From: Candidatus Nealsonbacteria bacterium
GTDB taxonomy: Bacteria > Patescibacteriota > Minisyncoccia > Minisyncoccales > CSSED10-335
Length of the DNA stretch: 64,000 bases
Direction of reading: 5' to 3'
Assembly (NCBI GenBank): GCA_019923605.1
Contig: JAHXGM010000001.1
Coordinates: forward strand, 398 to 64,397
The first letter of the stretch is position 1; the number at the start of each line of letters is the position of its first letter. The notes under the pieces are model-generated. The model was not told the origin of the DNA. It searched no databases and was given only the letters and a program-made list of their open reading frames with translations. Shown piece by piece: positions 30,379 to 39,988 of this stretch. The position numbers were made by a program, and so were the translations under genes.

Positions 30379-31293
30379 ATGATTATCGGACACAAAAAGC
30401 AAAGGGATTTATTTACTAAAATGATAGCTAACAATCGAATACCTCACGCTTTATTATTTTCTGGCTATGAAAAAATAGGGAAAAGATCGATAGCTATTAA
30501 TTTAGCCAAGAGCTTGATTTGTGAGAACGTGAATGGTCCTTGTATGAATTGTAATGCATGCTTATTATCCGAGAAGGGAGTCCATCCCGATCTTATTATC
30601 GTTTCATCATTGAAGAAAGAGATTATAATAGACCAGATCAGAGAACTTTCTCGCCAACTATCATTTAAGCCGTATTCATCTTCAGTCAAAGTTGCGATAA
30701 TAGATGATGCTCACTTAATGAATCAGCAGGCACAAAATTCTCTTTTAAAATTATTAGAAGAGCCCGGAGATAGTTCGGTTATTATATTAGTTTCTGATCA
30801 TCCCGAAATTCTTCTACCAACTATTAGGTCAAGGGTTCAGATAGTTAAATTTTTTCCAGTTGATAAGAATGAGATAAGGTCACACCTTAAGTCCGCCAAT
30901 TGTCAGGAAGATTTAATAGAAGGAATAGTTTCATTTTCTTTTGGGAAGCCAGGTGTTGCTTTAGACTTATTGTTTGATCCCGGTAAAATAGAAGTAAGGA
31001 GAAAAAAAGTTAATGAATTGATTAACATTATATCACCAGAATCACGGTTTCATTTGAGATTCGATTACGTTAAAAAAATATCTGAAGACCCCGAGCTAGT
31101 AGGAATATTAAATATATGGTTAAGTTATTTTAGAGCATTATTCTTAGAAAAAATAAAAGGAAACAAAAAGGTAGTTTATAGTGTTGATAGGCTTAGAAAT
31201 ATTTTACTAGAAATAGAAGAATCAATTTATTTACTTTCCAAGACTAATGTAAATAATAAAATGGTTTTAGAAAATTTAATAATGGAATTATAA
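30379..31293 (+). CDS. holB: DNA polymerase III delta' subunit
   Basis: IPHALLFSG, Cys4 zinc site, HPDL, NSLLKLLEEP, LPTIRSR. Confidence 0.93.
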   Translation: MIIGHKKQRDLFTKMIANNRIPHALLFSGYEKIGKRSIAINLAKSLICENVNGPCMNCNACLLSEKGVHPDLIIVSSLKKEIIIDQIRELSRQLSFKPYSSSVKVAIIDDAHLMNQQAQNSLLKLLEEPGDSSVIILVSDHPEILLPTIRSRVQIVKFFPVDKNEIRSHLKSANCQEDLIEGIVSFSFGKPGVALDLLFDPGKIEVRRKKVNELINIISPESRFHLRFDYVKKISEDPELVGILNIWLSYFRALFLEKIKGNKKVVYSVDRLRNILLEIEESIYLLSKTNVNNKMVLENLIMEL

Positions 31294-31308
31294 AATAATT
31301 TTTAAAAA

Positions 31309-31872
31309 ATGGAGGTGGTAAATAATATAATAAAAGAAACTAGAACTAAATTTGATAAAGTAGTTGTTTTTTTTGAAAAAGACATTTCAACTATAAGAAC
31401 AGGGAGGGCTACCCCTTCATTAGTTGAAAATATTACAGTTGATTCCTACGGAGTTAAAATGCCTCTTAAGCAGGTAGCGTCAATTAGTGTTCCATCTCCC
31501 AGGATGCTTTTAATTCAACCTTGGGACAGATCTACTATACCAAGTATTGAGAAAGCAGTATTACAATCCGATCTGGGAGTTAGCCCGGTAACCGACAATG
31601 GATCAATTAGAGTTTCTCTGCCATCACTTACCGAAGAATATCGAAAAAGTCTGACCAAGATACTAAATGAAAAGGGCGAAGAAGCTAGGGTTTCCCTAAG
31701 GAAGGCAAGAGAAGAGGCTTGGAAAGATATTCAAGATAGTTTCAAAGAAGGAACAGTTAGGGAGGATGATAAATTTAAGGGTAAGGATGATCTTCAAAAA
31801 GTCGTTGATGAATATAATAAAAAGATCGAAGAGGTGACCGATAGGAAAAAAAGAGAGATCTTAGAATTTTAA
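31309..31872 (+). CDS. frr: Ribosome recycling factor
   Basis: IRTGRATP, IQPWD, LTEEYRK. Confidence 0.98.
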   Translation: MEVVNNIIKETRTKFDKVVVFFEKDISTIRTGRATPSLVENITVDSYGVKMPLKQVASISVPSPRMLLIQPWDRSTIPSIEKAVLQSDLGVSPVTDNGSIRVSLPSLTEEYRKSLTKILNEKGEEARVSLRKAREEAWKDIQDSFKEGTVREDDKFKGKDDLQKVVDEYNKKIEEVTDRKKREILEF

Positions 31873-31874
31873 AT

Positions 31875-32942
31875 ATGTTTTTTTTACACGTAATTATAGC
31901 CATTATTAGTCTTTTAGCTCTTGTTGTTATTCATGAACTAGGTCATTTTTTGATGGCTAAGCGTTTGGGTGTGAAAGTAGAAGAGTTTGGGATTGGAATA
32001 CCTCCTAGGATTTTTGGTAAAAAAATAGGTGAAACGATCTATTCGTTAAACCTGCTTCCGATTGGCGCCTTCGTTAAGATGTATGGGGAGGATGAACAGA
32101 TTAATGACGAGAGAAGTTTTAGTCAAAAAAGTATTTTTCAACGATCACTAATAATCTTGGCCGGAGTTGCTGCTTTTTGGATAGTTGCATTCTTGATATT
32201 AACCTTTATGGCCACTATGAAGTTGCCAGCCTTGGTCGGAGATGAAGATCACGTTGAAGACGCAAAGGTAATGGTTTTAAACTTAGAACCAGATATGGCC
32301 GCTAATCAAGCCGGAATTCAAATCGGGGACATTATACATTCATTATCAAAAGGGGATAACTATATTCTTGCCAATAGAATAGGTGATGTTTCCAGTTTTT
32401 TATATGAAAATAAGGGAGAAGAAATATTGGCGACAATAGATAGAAATGGCAATATTTATGAAATCTTGCTCTCTTCTAATGATGAGCGAGGAGTAATGGG
32501 ATTTCATATTGCTAGAGTAGCTCTTAAGAGTTATCCGTGGTATCAAGCGCCTTATCAAGGAGCTTTAATGACAGGAAGATTGACTTACCGTATAGTTACT
32601 ACTCTTGGAGATACGGCAATTAGAGCTATTACAGGTAAACCCTTACCTGACGAGGTAAGATTTGCCGGACCAGTTGGAATAGTGACCGATGTTTTTGTGG
32701 GAGCACTGGAAAGTGGTTTTCAGAGATATTTGGAGATCATTGTTATGATATCTATATCGCTAGCGATATTTAATTTATTGCCAATTCCAGCTCTAGATGG
32801 CGGAAGGTTTTTGTTTTTAATGATTGAAAAAATAAAGGGAAGTCCTCTAAATCAGAAAGTAGAGCAAGGACTAATTGCAATTTCATTTATTATGCTAATT
32901 GGATTATTTATTCTGGTAACTTTTTATGATATTAAAGGATGA
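31875..32942 (+). CDS. rseP: RIP metalloprotease RseP (M50 with PDZ)
   Basis: HELGH, EFGIG, PDZ-like AGIQIGD, GPVGI, NLLPIPALDGG. Confidence 0.92.
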   Translation: MFFLHVIIAIISLLALVVIHELGHFLMAKRLGVKVEEFGIGIPPRIFGKKIGETIYSLNLLPIGAFVKMYGEDEQINDERSFSQKSIFQRSLIILAGVAAFWIVAFLILTFMATMKLPALVGDEDHVEDAKVMVLNLEPDMAANQAGIQIGDIIHSLSKGDNYILANRIGDVSSFLYENKGEEILATIDRNGNIYEILLSSNDERGVMGFHIARVALKSYPWYQAPYQGALMTGRLTYRIVTTLGDTAIRAITGKPLPDEVRFAGPVGIVTDVFVGALESGFQRYLEIIVMISISLAIFNLLPIPALDGGRFLFLMIEKIKGSPLNQKVEQGLIAISFIMLIGLFILVTFYDIKG

Positions 32943-32966
32943 GTGAGAATTTAACAAAACAAGATT

Positions 32967-34034
32967 ATGAAAAAAAATAACTTTATTCAGGATACCATTG
33001 GAAAGCTATCAGTTGATATTGCAATTGATCTTGGTACGGCTAATTCGTTAGTTTATGTACGAGGTCGAGGAATAATATTATCTGAACCATCAGTAGTAGC
33101 TATAAATCAAAAGACTGGCCAGATACTGGCAATAGGTGAAGAAGCTAAAAGAATGGTGGGAAGGACTCCATCTCATATAGTTGCCACAAGGCCACTTGTC
33201 TCTGGAGTTGTTTCCGACTTTGATGTTACAGAGCAGATGTTGAGATATTTCATACAGAAAGCTTATAAGAAAAAGTTTATTTTTAATTTAAGACCAAGAT
33301 TAATAATCGGTATTCCTTTTGGTGTTACAGAAGTTGAAAAGAAGGCAGTTCAAGATGCAGGTAAAAATGCAGGAGCAAGAATTGTTTATTTAATAGAAGA
33401 GCCAATGGCCTCAGCAATAGGCTCACGTCTTCCAGTTCAGGATCCAGGTGGTAATTTTGTTGTTGATATCGGCGGGGGAACAACCGAAGTGGCTGTTATA
33501 TCTCTTGGCGGCATAGTTATAGCAAGGAGTCTTCGAGTCGCTGGAGATAGATTAAATGAAGACATAATTAAGTTTGTTCAAGAAGAATATAAATTATTAA
33601 TTGGTGAGCGTACCGCAGAAGATGTAAAGATAAGTATTGGCTCAGCATATCCATTAAAAGAAAAAAGAGAGATGCCCATAAGAGGCAGAAATCTTGTTAC
33701 CGGACTTCCTGAAGAAATTATTGTCACTGATAAGGATATTCGAAAGGCTTTAGAAAAATCTGTTAAAGAAATAGTTAGTGCAGTGAAGGGGGCCGTAGAA
33801 GAAACTCCACCAGAACTATTGTCTGATATAATGGCTAAAGGAATATATTTAATGGGTGGTGGTGGATTGCTTAAAGGACTAGATGAATTAATTACTGAAG
33901 AAACAAAGATAATATGTAAGATATCAGATGATCCTTTAACTGCTGTAGCCAGAGGAGCTGGATTTGTTTTAGAAAATATAGACGAGCTTCAAGAAGTTTT
34001 AGTAGATACAGAAACAATTAAACTCCCAAGATAA
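32967..34034 (+). CDS. mreB: Rod shape-determining protein MreB (paralog 2)
   Basis: IDLGTANS, EPSVVA, DIGGGTTE, PELLSD. Confidence 0.96.
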   Translation: MKKNNFIQDTIGKLSVDIAIDLGTANSLVYVRGRGIILSEPSVVAINQKTGQILAIGEEAKRMVGRTPSHIVATRPLVSGVVSDFDVTEQMLRYFIQKAYKKKFIFNLRPRLIIGIPFGVTEVEKKAVQDAGKNAGARIVYLIEEPMASAIGSRLPVQDPGGNFVVDIGGGTTEVAVISLGGIVIARSLRVAGDRLNEDIIKFVQEEYKLLIGERTAEDVKISIGSAYPLKEKREMPIRGRNLVTGLPEEIIVTDKDIRKALEKSVKEIVSAVKGAVEETPPELLSDIMAKGIYLMGGGGLLKGLDELITEETKIICKISDDPLTAVARGAGFVLENIDELQEVLVDTETIKLPR

Positions 34035-34036
34035 AC

Positions 34037-34318
34037 ATGATTAATAAAGAAGGCATAAGACACGTTGCTAAATTAGCAAGATTTGAATTGGACTCCCAAG
34101 AAGAAGATCTGCTTGAAAAAGACCTTGTTAACATTCTTGGCTATATTGAAAAATTAAAATCTTTAGATGTTTCAGGTGTTAGTGCGATGAGTCATCCAAT
34201 AAATATCAAGAATGATGTTCGAGAAGACAATCCAATAATCTCTGATGAAAGAAAAGATGTTATCGATCTGTTTAATGACAGGGACGGCGGTTTTTTAAAG
34301 GTAAGATCTATTTTATAA
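34037..34318 (+). CDS. gatC: Asp/Glu-tRNA amidotransferase subunit C
   Basis: HVAKLAR, REDN, FLKV; upstream of gatA. Confidence 0.93.
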   Translation: MINKEGIRHVAKLARFELDSQEEDLLEKDLVNILGYIEKLKSLDVSGVSAMSHPINIKNDVREDNPIISDERKDVIDLFNDRDGGFLKVRSIL

Positions 34319-34320
34319 TT

Positions 34321-35742
34321 ATGAATTTCTCATTAATGTCAATTAGGGAAATAGGGGAAGGCTTAAGAGGAAAAAAATTCTCTTGTTTAGAGATGACAAA
34401 TTATTTTCTTGATAAGATAGAAAAAGATGATGTTGAAATATCTTCTTTTTTAACAGTTACTAAGGAGTTAGCTCTTTCTCAGGCCAAAAAAGTAGATGAG
34501 CGAATTGAGAGAGGAGATGATCTTCCAGTTCTTTTAGGAATTCCGTCAGCAATTAAGGATAATATATTGATAAAAGGAATTAAGTGTACATCTGCATCTA
34601 AGATATTAGAGAATTATAAGGCGCCATATGATGCTACTGTTATTAAGAAATTAAAAGATCAAGGAGTCGTTTTTTTAGGTAAAACTAATATGGATGAATT
34701 TGCGATGGGCTCTTCAACTGAAAATTCGGCCTTTCAGGTTACTAAAAATCCGCTCGATCATTCAAGAGTTCCTGGAGGATCTTCGGGGGGATCAGCGGCT
34801 GCAGTTGCTGCAGGATTTTGTTCTTTTGCTTTAGGCTCAGATACCGGAGGATCTATCCGTCAGCCCGCTTCATTTTGTGGAGTAGTGGGCTTAAAGCCAA
34901 CATATGGGTTTGTTTCTAGATATGGATTAATGGCCATGGCTTCATCACTTGATCAGATAGGACCTTTAACAAAAACAGTTGAAGATGCAAGGTATGTTTT
35001 TGAGGCTATATCGGGTAAGGACCCAAAAGATTCTACTTCAGTACAAGTTGAAATAGATAATGGTATGGATCCTAAGAAGATGACTATCGGCATACCAAAG
35101 GAATATTTCGTTGAAGGCATGGATAGTGAAGTTGAATCAAGTATTCGGGAAGCTATTGAAAAGATAAAAGGGGCCGGAATCAAAGTTGAGGACATTAGTT
35201 TGCCCCACACTGAATACGCATTACCTGCTTATTATATAATTTCACCATCTGAAACATCAGCCAACTTATCACGCTATGATGGGCTAAGATATGGAAATTC
35301 TTCTGGGGAAGGGGTTGATTTATCAGAAATATACTTTAAAAATAGAGGTAGGGGATTTGGAAGGGAGGTCAAAAGAAGGATAATTCTAGGAACCTATTCT
35401 CTTTCCTCGGGTTATTATGACGCATATTATAAAAGGGCTCAGAAAGTAAGAACACTTATAAAAAATGATTTTGAGAAGGCTTTTGAAAAGGTCGACCTAA
35501 TCGTAGTTCCAAGCTCTCCGACATTACCATTCAAGATAGGAGAAAAAAGAGAAGATCCTCTTTCTATGTATTTATCAGATGTCTTTACTATTCCTGCTAA
35601 TCTAGCAGGACTTCCGGCAATGTCGATGCCATGTAAAAAAATAAGAGATCTTTCAGTCGGAATTCAATTAATCGGGAAACCATTTGGTGAATATAGCATT
35701 TTAAATGCAGGAGAATTATTTGAAAAAATATGGATGAAATAA
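34321..35742 (+). CDS. gatA: Asp/Glu-tRNA amidotransferase subunit A
   Basis: GKTNMDEFAMGSS, PGGSSGGS, DTGGSIRQPA, GYYDAYY. Confidence 0.98.
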   Translation: MNFSLMSIREIGEGLRGKKFSCLEMTNYFLDKIEKDDVEISSFLTVTKELALSQAKKVDERIERGDDLPVLLGIPSAIKDNILIKGIKCTSASKILENYKAPYDATVIKKLKDQGVVFLGKTNMDEFAMGSSTENSAFQVTKNPLDHSRVPGGSSGGSAAAVAAGFCSFALGSDTGGSIRQPASFCGVVGLKPTYGFVSRYGLMAMASSLDQIGPLTKTVEDARYVFEAISGKDPKDSTSVQVEIDNGMDPKKMTIGIPKEYFVEGMDSEVESSIREAIEKIKGAGIKVEDISLPHTEYALPAYYIISPSETSANLSRYDGLRYGNSSGEGVDLSEIYFKNRGRGFGREVKRRIILGTYSLSSGYYDAYYKRAQKVRTLIKNDFEKAFEKVDLIVVPSSPTLPFKIGEKREDPLSMYLSDVFTIPANLAGLPAMSMPCKKIRDLSVGIQLIGKPFGEYSILNAGELFEKIWMK

Positions 35743-36281
35743 CAAAGCAAATAACAGAGCAAATAATTGCATATTTAACCGACCCTTCCCTTATTCCGTC
35801 CCCATATTATCAAATTATAATCGGAATAAAAATTCTTTTTATTGGGATATCAATTTTTTTTATTGTTCTTTCAATTTATATTTTAATGAATACCCAATGG
35901 TTAAAGTTTAGATATACTCAAGATATTTCAGAGTTTTCTAAATTTAAGTCCTATGAATTTGAAAAGTTTGCTAAGGATTGGAAGAAGATAATGAAAAGAC
36001 TGGAAACTGGGCTAGAGTCGGAATATAAGCTCGCAATTATTGAAGCTGATGTCATGCTTGAGCAGGTATTGGAAAGAATGGGTCATATTGAGCCAACTAT
36101 TGAAGAAAAGATTAATAAGGTTACACCAAGCGATGTCCCTAGTGTTAATGAACTTAAGGTTACTAGAGAGATAAGAAACGATGTTATACATGATCCTGAC
36201 TATGATCTTTCTCAAGAAAAATCTAAAGAAGTGTTGAGCGTATACGAAAAAGCCTTTAAAGAGTTAAACATACTTTCATAA
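35730..36281 (+). CDS. Membrane-anchored hypothetical protein with HEPN-like RxxxxH motif
   Basis: One TM (IIIGIKILF..IYIL); AIIEAD helix; RNDVIH. Confidence 0.6.
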   Translation: MDEITKQITEQIIAYLTDPSLIPSPYYQIIIGIKILFIGISIFFIVLSIYILMNTQWLKFRYTQDISEFSKFKSYEFEKFAKDWKKIMKRLETGLESEYKLAIIEADVMLEQVLERMGHIEPTIEEKINKVTPSDVPSVNELKVTREIRNDVIHDPDYDLSQEKSKEVLSVYEKAFKELNILS

Positions 36282-36294
36282 TTTAGCCGGGGGG

Positions 36295-36323
36295 TTGATT
36301 TTTAAGAAAACTTGTAATAGAAT
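36295..36323 (+). promoter_or_regulatory. sigma70-type promoter of the tRNA operon
   Basis: TTGATT-N17-TAGAAT. Confidence 0.65.
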
Positions 36324-36333
36324 GGTAATGTAT

Positions 36334-36404
36334 CGCGGGGTGGTGGAGTAGTACCATATGAGGCCCATAACCTTAAGGCACCGGTGCAATTCCGGTCCCC
36401 GCAA
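36334..36404 (+). tRNA. tRNA-Met(CAT), initiator type, divergent
   Basis: Cloverleaf with CGCGGGG/CCCCGCA acceptor (C1:A72 mismatch) and CAT anticodon; CCA not encoded. Confidence 0.85.
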
Positions 36405-36415
36405 CAATAATTATT

Positions 36416-36488
36416 GCCGGCATAGCTCAGCGGTTAGAGCAACAGACTCATAAGCTGTAGGTCGGAGGTTCGATCCCTCCTGCCGGCA
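36416..36488 (+). tRNA. tRNA-Met(CAT), probably elongator
   Basis: GCCGGCA/TGCCGGC acceptor, CTCATAA loop, TTCGATC T-loop; Ile2 not fully excluded. Confidence 0.85.
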
Positions 36489-36494
36489 TATTCC

Positions 36495-36568
36495 GGGGGC
36501 GTAGATCAATTGGTTAGATCGCCACTCTGTCACAGTGGAGGTTGCCGGTTCGAGTCCGGTCGTCCCCG
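36495..36568 (+). tRNA. tRNA-Asp(GTC)
   Basis: GGGGGCG/CGTCCCC acceptor, CTGTCAC loop, G73. Confidence 0.95.
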
Positions 36569-36575
36569 CATAAAT

Positions 36576-36597
36576 CCGTGATTATTTCACGGTTTTT
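36576..36597 (+). terminator. Intrinsic terminator after the tRNA operon
   Basis: CCGTGA-TTATT-TCACGG plus T-run. Confidence 0.7.
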
Positions 36598-36623
36598 ACT
36601 TTTTATAAGGCTCCTTTCTGACC

Positions 36624-36652
36624 TTGATTGAATATTAAAATTAAGGTAAAAT
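36624..36652 (+). promoter_or_regulatory. sigma70-type promoter for gyrB
   Basis: TTGATT-N17-TAAAAT. Confidence 0.55.
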
Positions 36653-36743
36653 GAGAATATAAGTTAAGGATGTTGATAAATGAAAGATAAGGGTTTTAAG
36701 TCTTTTAGACAGCTCTTTTTTTGTTGATTTAATTAAAATAGAA

Positions 36744-39700
36744 ATGGATAAAGAAAATAAAAAAGAATATACTTCTAAAGATATTTTTGTTTTAGAAGGG
36801 TTAGATCCGGTTCGTAAGAGACCTGGAATGTATGTTGGTTCTACTGGACCAGATGGTTTGCACCATCTAATCAAAGAATGTCTTGATAACTCTTTAGATG
36901 AGGCAATAGCAGGTTATGCTAAAAATATAGAAATATCCTTATTGCCTAATAATCGAGTTAGTGTTACTGATGATGGGCGAGGAATTCCGGTAGATGTTCA
37001 TGCCCAAACTAAGAAATCTGCCCTTGAGACAGTTATGACTACTTTGCATGCCGGAGGTAAATTCGGAGGAGATGCTTATAAAATATCGGGAGGATTACAT
37101 GGAGTGGGAATTTCTGTTGTTTGTGCTCTTTCTAATTTTTTAAGAGCAGAGGTATCAAGAGATGGTTTTAAATATTCTCAAGAATATGTAAAGGGAAAGG
37201 TTAAAACGAAATTAGTAAATGAAGGCAAGACTAATAAAAGGGGAACTACGATTATATTTGAGCCGGATGTTGAGATTTTTAAAGACATAACATTTAACGC
37301 TAAGAAAATAATTAGTAACCTTCGACAACAAGCCTATCTTACTAAGGGAACAAGGATTACTTTTAATGATTTGCGTGATTCAAAAAATGAAAAGAAATAC
37401 TTATTTTATTTTGAAGGAGGAATTTTATCTTATATTAAACACTTAACCAGGGGGATTCAAAAACAACATCCCAACATCTTTTATTGTTTCGGAAATAAGG
37501 ATGAAGTTATTACCGAAGTATCTTTTGTTTACACGGAAGAGTTTGAGTCCTACGAGGAGAGTTTTACTAATAATATAATTACTAAAGAGGGGGGCAGTCA
37601 TCTTACCGGTTTTCGCTCTGCTCTTACAAGAACCCTAAATGATTATGCAAGAAAGAATGGTATCCTGAAGTCTGGTGATGATAATCTTAGTGGAGAGGAT
37701 GTTAGAGAGGGATTAACTGCAGTTGTTTCTGTTAAAATAAGGGAACCTCAATTTGAAGGTCAAACTAAGGGGAAATTAGGAAACCCTGAGGTAAAACCTG
37801 CGGTTGAAGTTGTAGTTTCTGAAGCATTGACTGACTTTTTTGAGAGAAATCCTCAGGATGCAAGGAGTATTGTTGAGAAATGTTTAATTTCTTCAAAGGC
37901 AAGAAAAGCTGCTCGAGCAGCAAGAGAGACTGTTTTAAGAAAGGGAATATTAGAAGGACTTTCGTTACCGGGGAAGCTATCTGATTGTAGTTCCAGGAAG
38001 CCTGAAGAATCAGAACTCTATATTGTGGAGGGAGATTCTGCCGGAGGGTGTTTTTCAGGAGATACAGAAGTTGCTCTAGTAGATGGGAGAAGCTTGTCTT
38101 TTAAAAATCTTATCAAAGAGGAAAAACAAGGGAAAAGAAATTACTGTTACACCATTAAAGACGATGGTACGGTTGGCATAGAATTAATTACTCATCCAAG
38201 AAGAACCAAGAAAAACGTAGAGGTAATAAAGGTTATTTTAGATAACGGAGAAGAGATTACTTGTACCCCTGATCATAAATTTATGATGAGGGACGGCTCT
38301 TACAAAGAAGCAAGGAATATCGACACTCAAGACTCTTTAATGCCACTAAATAGAAAGTTTTCTGAAATAGGAAATGGGATAACCATTAAGGGGTATGAAA
38401 TGATTTTTGATAATAAAAATGGAAAATGGATTTTTATACATCTTTTATCAGACAAGTATAATCTTGAGAAAGGGAAATATTTGAAAAAAGATGGATCTGA
38501 CAGGCATCATATTGATTTTGACAAACTAAACAATAATCCAGAGAATATAAGGCGAATGACGAAAGAAGATCATTTATGTCATCACAGAGAGATGCTAAAG
38601 TATGGTCTTCATCGAGAAGATGTTAAAGATAAATGTAGAAAAAAAAGACAAACAAAAGAATACAGAGAAAAGATTAGTGCGATTATGAGTACTCCGGAAA
38701 TGAGAGAGATGTTAAGCAAGAGAGCAAAAAAGCAGTGGGAAAATGAAGAATATAAGAATTTTATGGTAAGTAAATTTCTGGAATTTTATGAGGCAAATGA
38801 AAAGTATCGGGAAAGAAATCGTAAGGCTTTATATAATAATCAAAAGGAGTATTGGGGCGACTCTGAAAATAGAAAAAAACAAGCGAAAAAAATAAAAGAA
38901 TATTTTGAAAATAATCCTGAAAAAAAGGAAAAACTTGTCATGGAAGCAAAGAAGCAATGGAAAGACGAAGAGTTATTAAAGTGGAGGGCTCAAGAAACTA
39001 AGAAGCAGTGGACACCCGAATTTAGAAAAAGAAGAAAAGCTTCTTATGATAATACATATAGAGAAAAGGCATTGAAATTAATGAAGGAGATTGTTGAAAA
39101 CAATGGAGAGATAGACAAAGGGAAGTACAACCAAAAAAGAATTGAGCTAAGAGATAAGAGTATTTTGCGATATGACACTATTTGTGAACGTTTTTTTGAG
39201 AACAAAGAAGAAAAATTAAAAGAGGCTGTTGCGAATTATAACCACAAGGTAAAAAGAGTTGAGAGACTTCAAGAGAAAATAGATGTTTATGATATTGAAG
39301 TTAAAAAGACTCATAACTTTGCTTTATCTTCTGGCGTCTTCGTTCATAACAGTTGTAAAGGAGCAAGAGATAGAAAGTTTCAAGCAATACTTCCATTAAA
39401 GGGAAAGATTTTGAATGTAGAAAGAGCTCGTTTGGATAAGATACTAGCCTCAAAAGAAATTAAGTCACTTATAATTGCGCTTGGTACTGCAGTAGCAGAA
39501 GATTTTAACATTAATAAGCTTAGATATCATAGAATTATTATTATGAGCGATGCTGATTCAGATGGAAATCATATTAAAACTTTACTTTTAACTTTGTTTT
39601 ATAGATACTTTAGACCATTGATAGACCTGGGTTATCTTTATGTCGCACAGCCTCCTCTGTACAAAATTCAAGCCGGTAAGAGGGTGGAATATGCCTATAC

Positions 39701-39983
39701 AGATGATGATAAGAGAAGAGTTCTGGACTCTATGAAGAAGGATAAGGATGAAGATAAGGTTGCAGGTTTGAATATTCAAAGATATAAAGGTTTGGGAGAA
39801 ATGAATCCTTCTCAACTTTGGGAGACTACTATGAATCCTGATAATAGGATCTTAATAAGGGTTGAAATTGAAGATGTGAAAGAGGCAGATAGGATGTTTG
39901 ATGTTCTTATGGGAGAAGAAGTTCTTCCAAGAAAAAAATTTATTCAAGCTCATGCCAAAAAGGTAAGCAATTTAGATATTTAG
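36744..39983 (+). CDS. gyrB: DNA gyrase subunit B, intein-containing
   Basis: VRKRPGMYVG, DDGRGIP, GGLHGVG, VEGDSAGG, PLKGKILNV, DADSDG, QRYKGLGEM. Confidence 0.97.
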   Translation: MDKENKKEYTSKDIFVLEGLDPVRKRPGMYVGSTGPDGLHHLIKECLDNSLDEAIAGYAKNIEISLLPNNRVSVTDDGRGIPVDVHAQTKKSALETVMTTLHAGGKFGGDAYKISGGLHGVGISVVCALSNFLRAEVSRDGFKYSQEYVKGKVKTKLVNEGKTNKRGTTIIFEPDVEIFKDITFNAKKIISNLRQQAYLTKGTRITFNDLRDSKNEKKYLFYFEGGILSYIKHLTRGIQKQHPNIFYCFGNKDEVITEVSFVYTEEFESYEESFTNNIITKEGGSHLTGFRSALTRTLNDYARKNGILKSGDDNLSGEDVREGLTAVVSVKIREPQFEGQTKGKLGNPEVKPAVEVVVSEALTDFFERNPQDARSIVEKCLISSKARKAARAARETVLRKGILEGLSLPGKLSDCSSRKPEESELYIVEGDSAGGCFSGDTEVALVDGRSLSFKNLIKEEKQGKRNYCYTIKDDGTVGIELITHPRRTKKNVEVIKVILDNGEEITCTPDHKFMMRDGSYKEARNIDTQDSLMPLNRKFSEIGNGITIKGYEMIFDNKNGKWIFIHLLSDKYNLEKGKYLKKDGSDRHHIDFDKLNNNPENIRRMTKEDHLCHHREMLKYGLHREDVKDKCRKKRQTKEYREKISAIMSTPEMREMLSKRAKKQWENEEYKNFMVSKFLEFYEANEKYRERNRKALYNNQKEYWGDSENRKKQAKKIKEYFENNPEKKEKLVMEAKKQWKDEELLKWRAQETKKQWTPEFRKRRKASYDNTYREKALKLMKEIVENNGEIDKGKYNQKRIELRDKSILRYDTICERFFENKEEKLKEAVANYNHKVKRVERLQEKIDVYDIEVKKTHNFALSSGVFVHNSCKGARDRKFQAILPLKGKILNVERARLDKILASKEIKSLIIALGTAVAEDFNINKLRYHRIIIMSDADSDGNHIKTLLLTLFYRYFRPLIDLGYLYVAQPPLYKIQAGKRVEYAYTDDDKRRVLDSMKKDKDEDKVAGLNIQRYKGLGEMNPSQLWETTMNPDNRILIRVEIEDVKEADRMFDVLMGEEVLPRKKFIQAHAKKVSNLDI
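38049..39350 (+). mobile_element. 434-aa intein with HNH homing endonuclease
   Basis: Starts CFSGDT after EGDSAGG; block B TCTPDH; block F VYDIEV..HNF; ends VHN|S; internal RHHIDFDKLNNNPENI. Confidence 0.95.
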
Positions 39984-39988
39984 ACTGA

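Noticed and set aside
38640-39100. Repetitive Lys/Glu/Trp segment in gyrB as a possible CRISPR or DNA repeat
   Set aside because: Periodicity exists only at protein level inside the intein; no repeat-spacer DNA pattern. No CRISPR array was seen in the window
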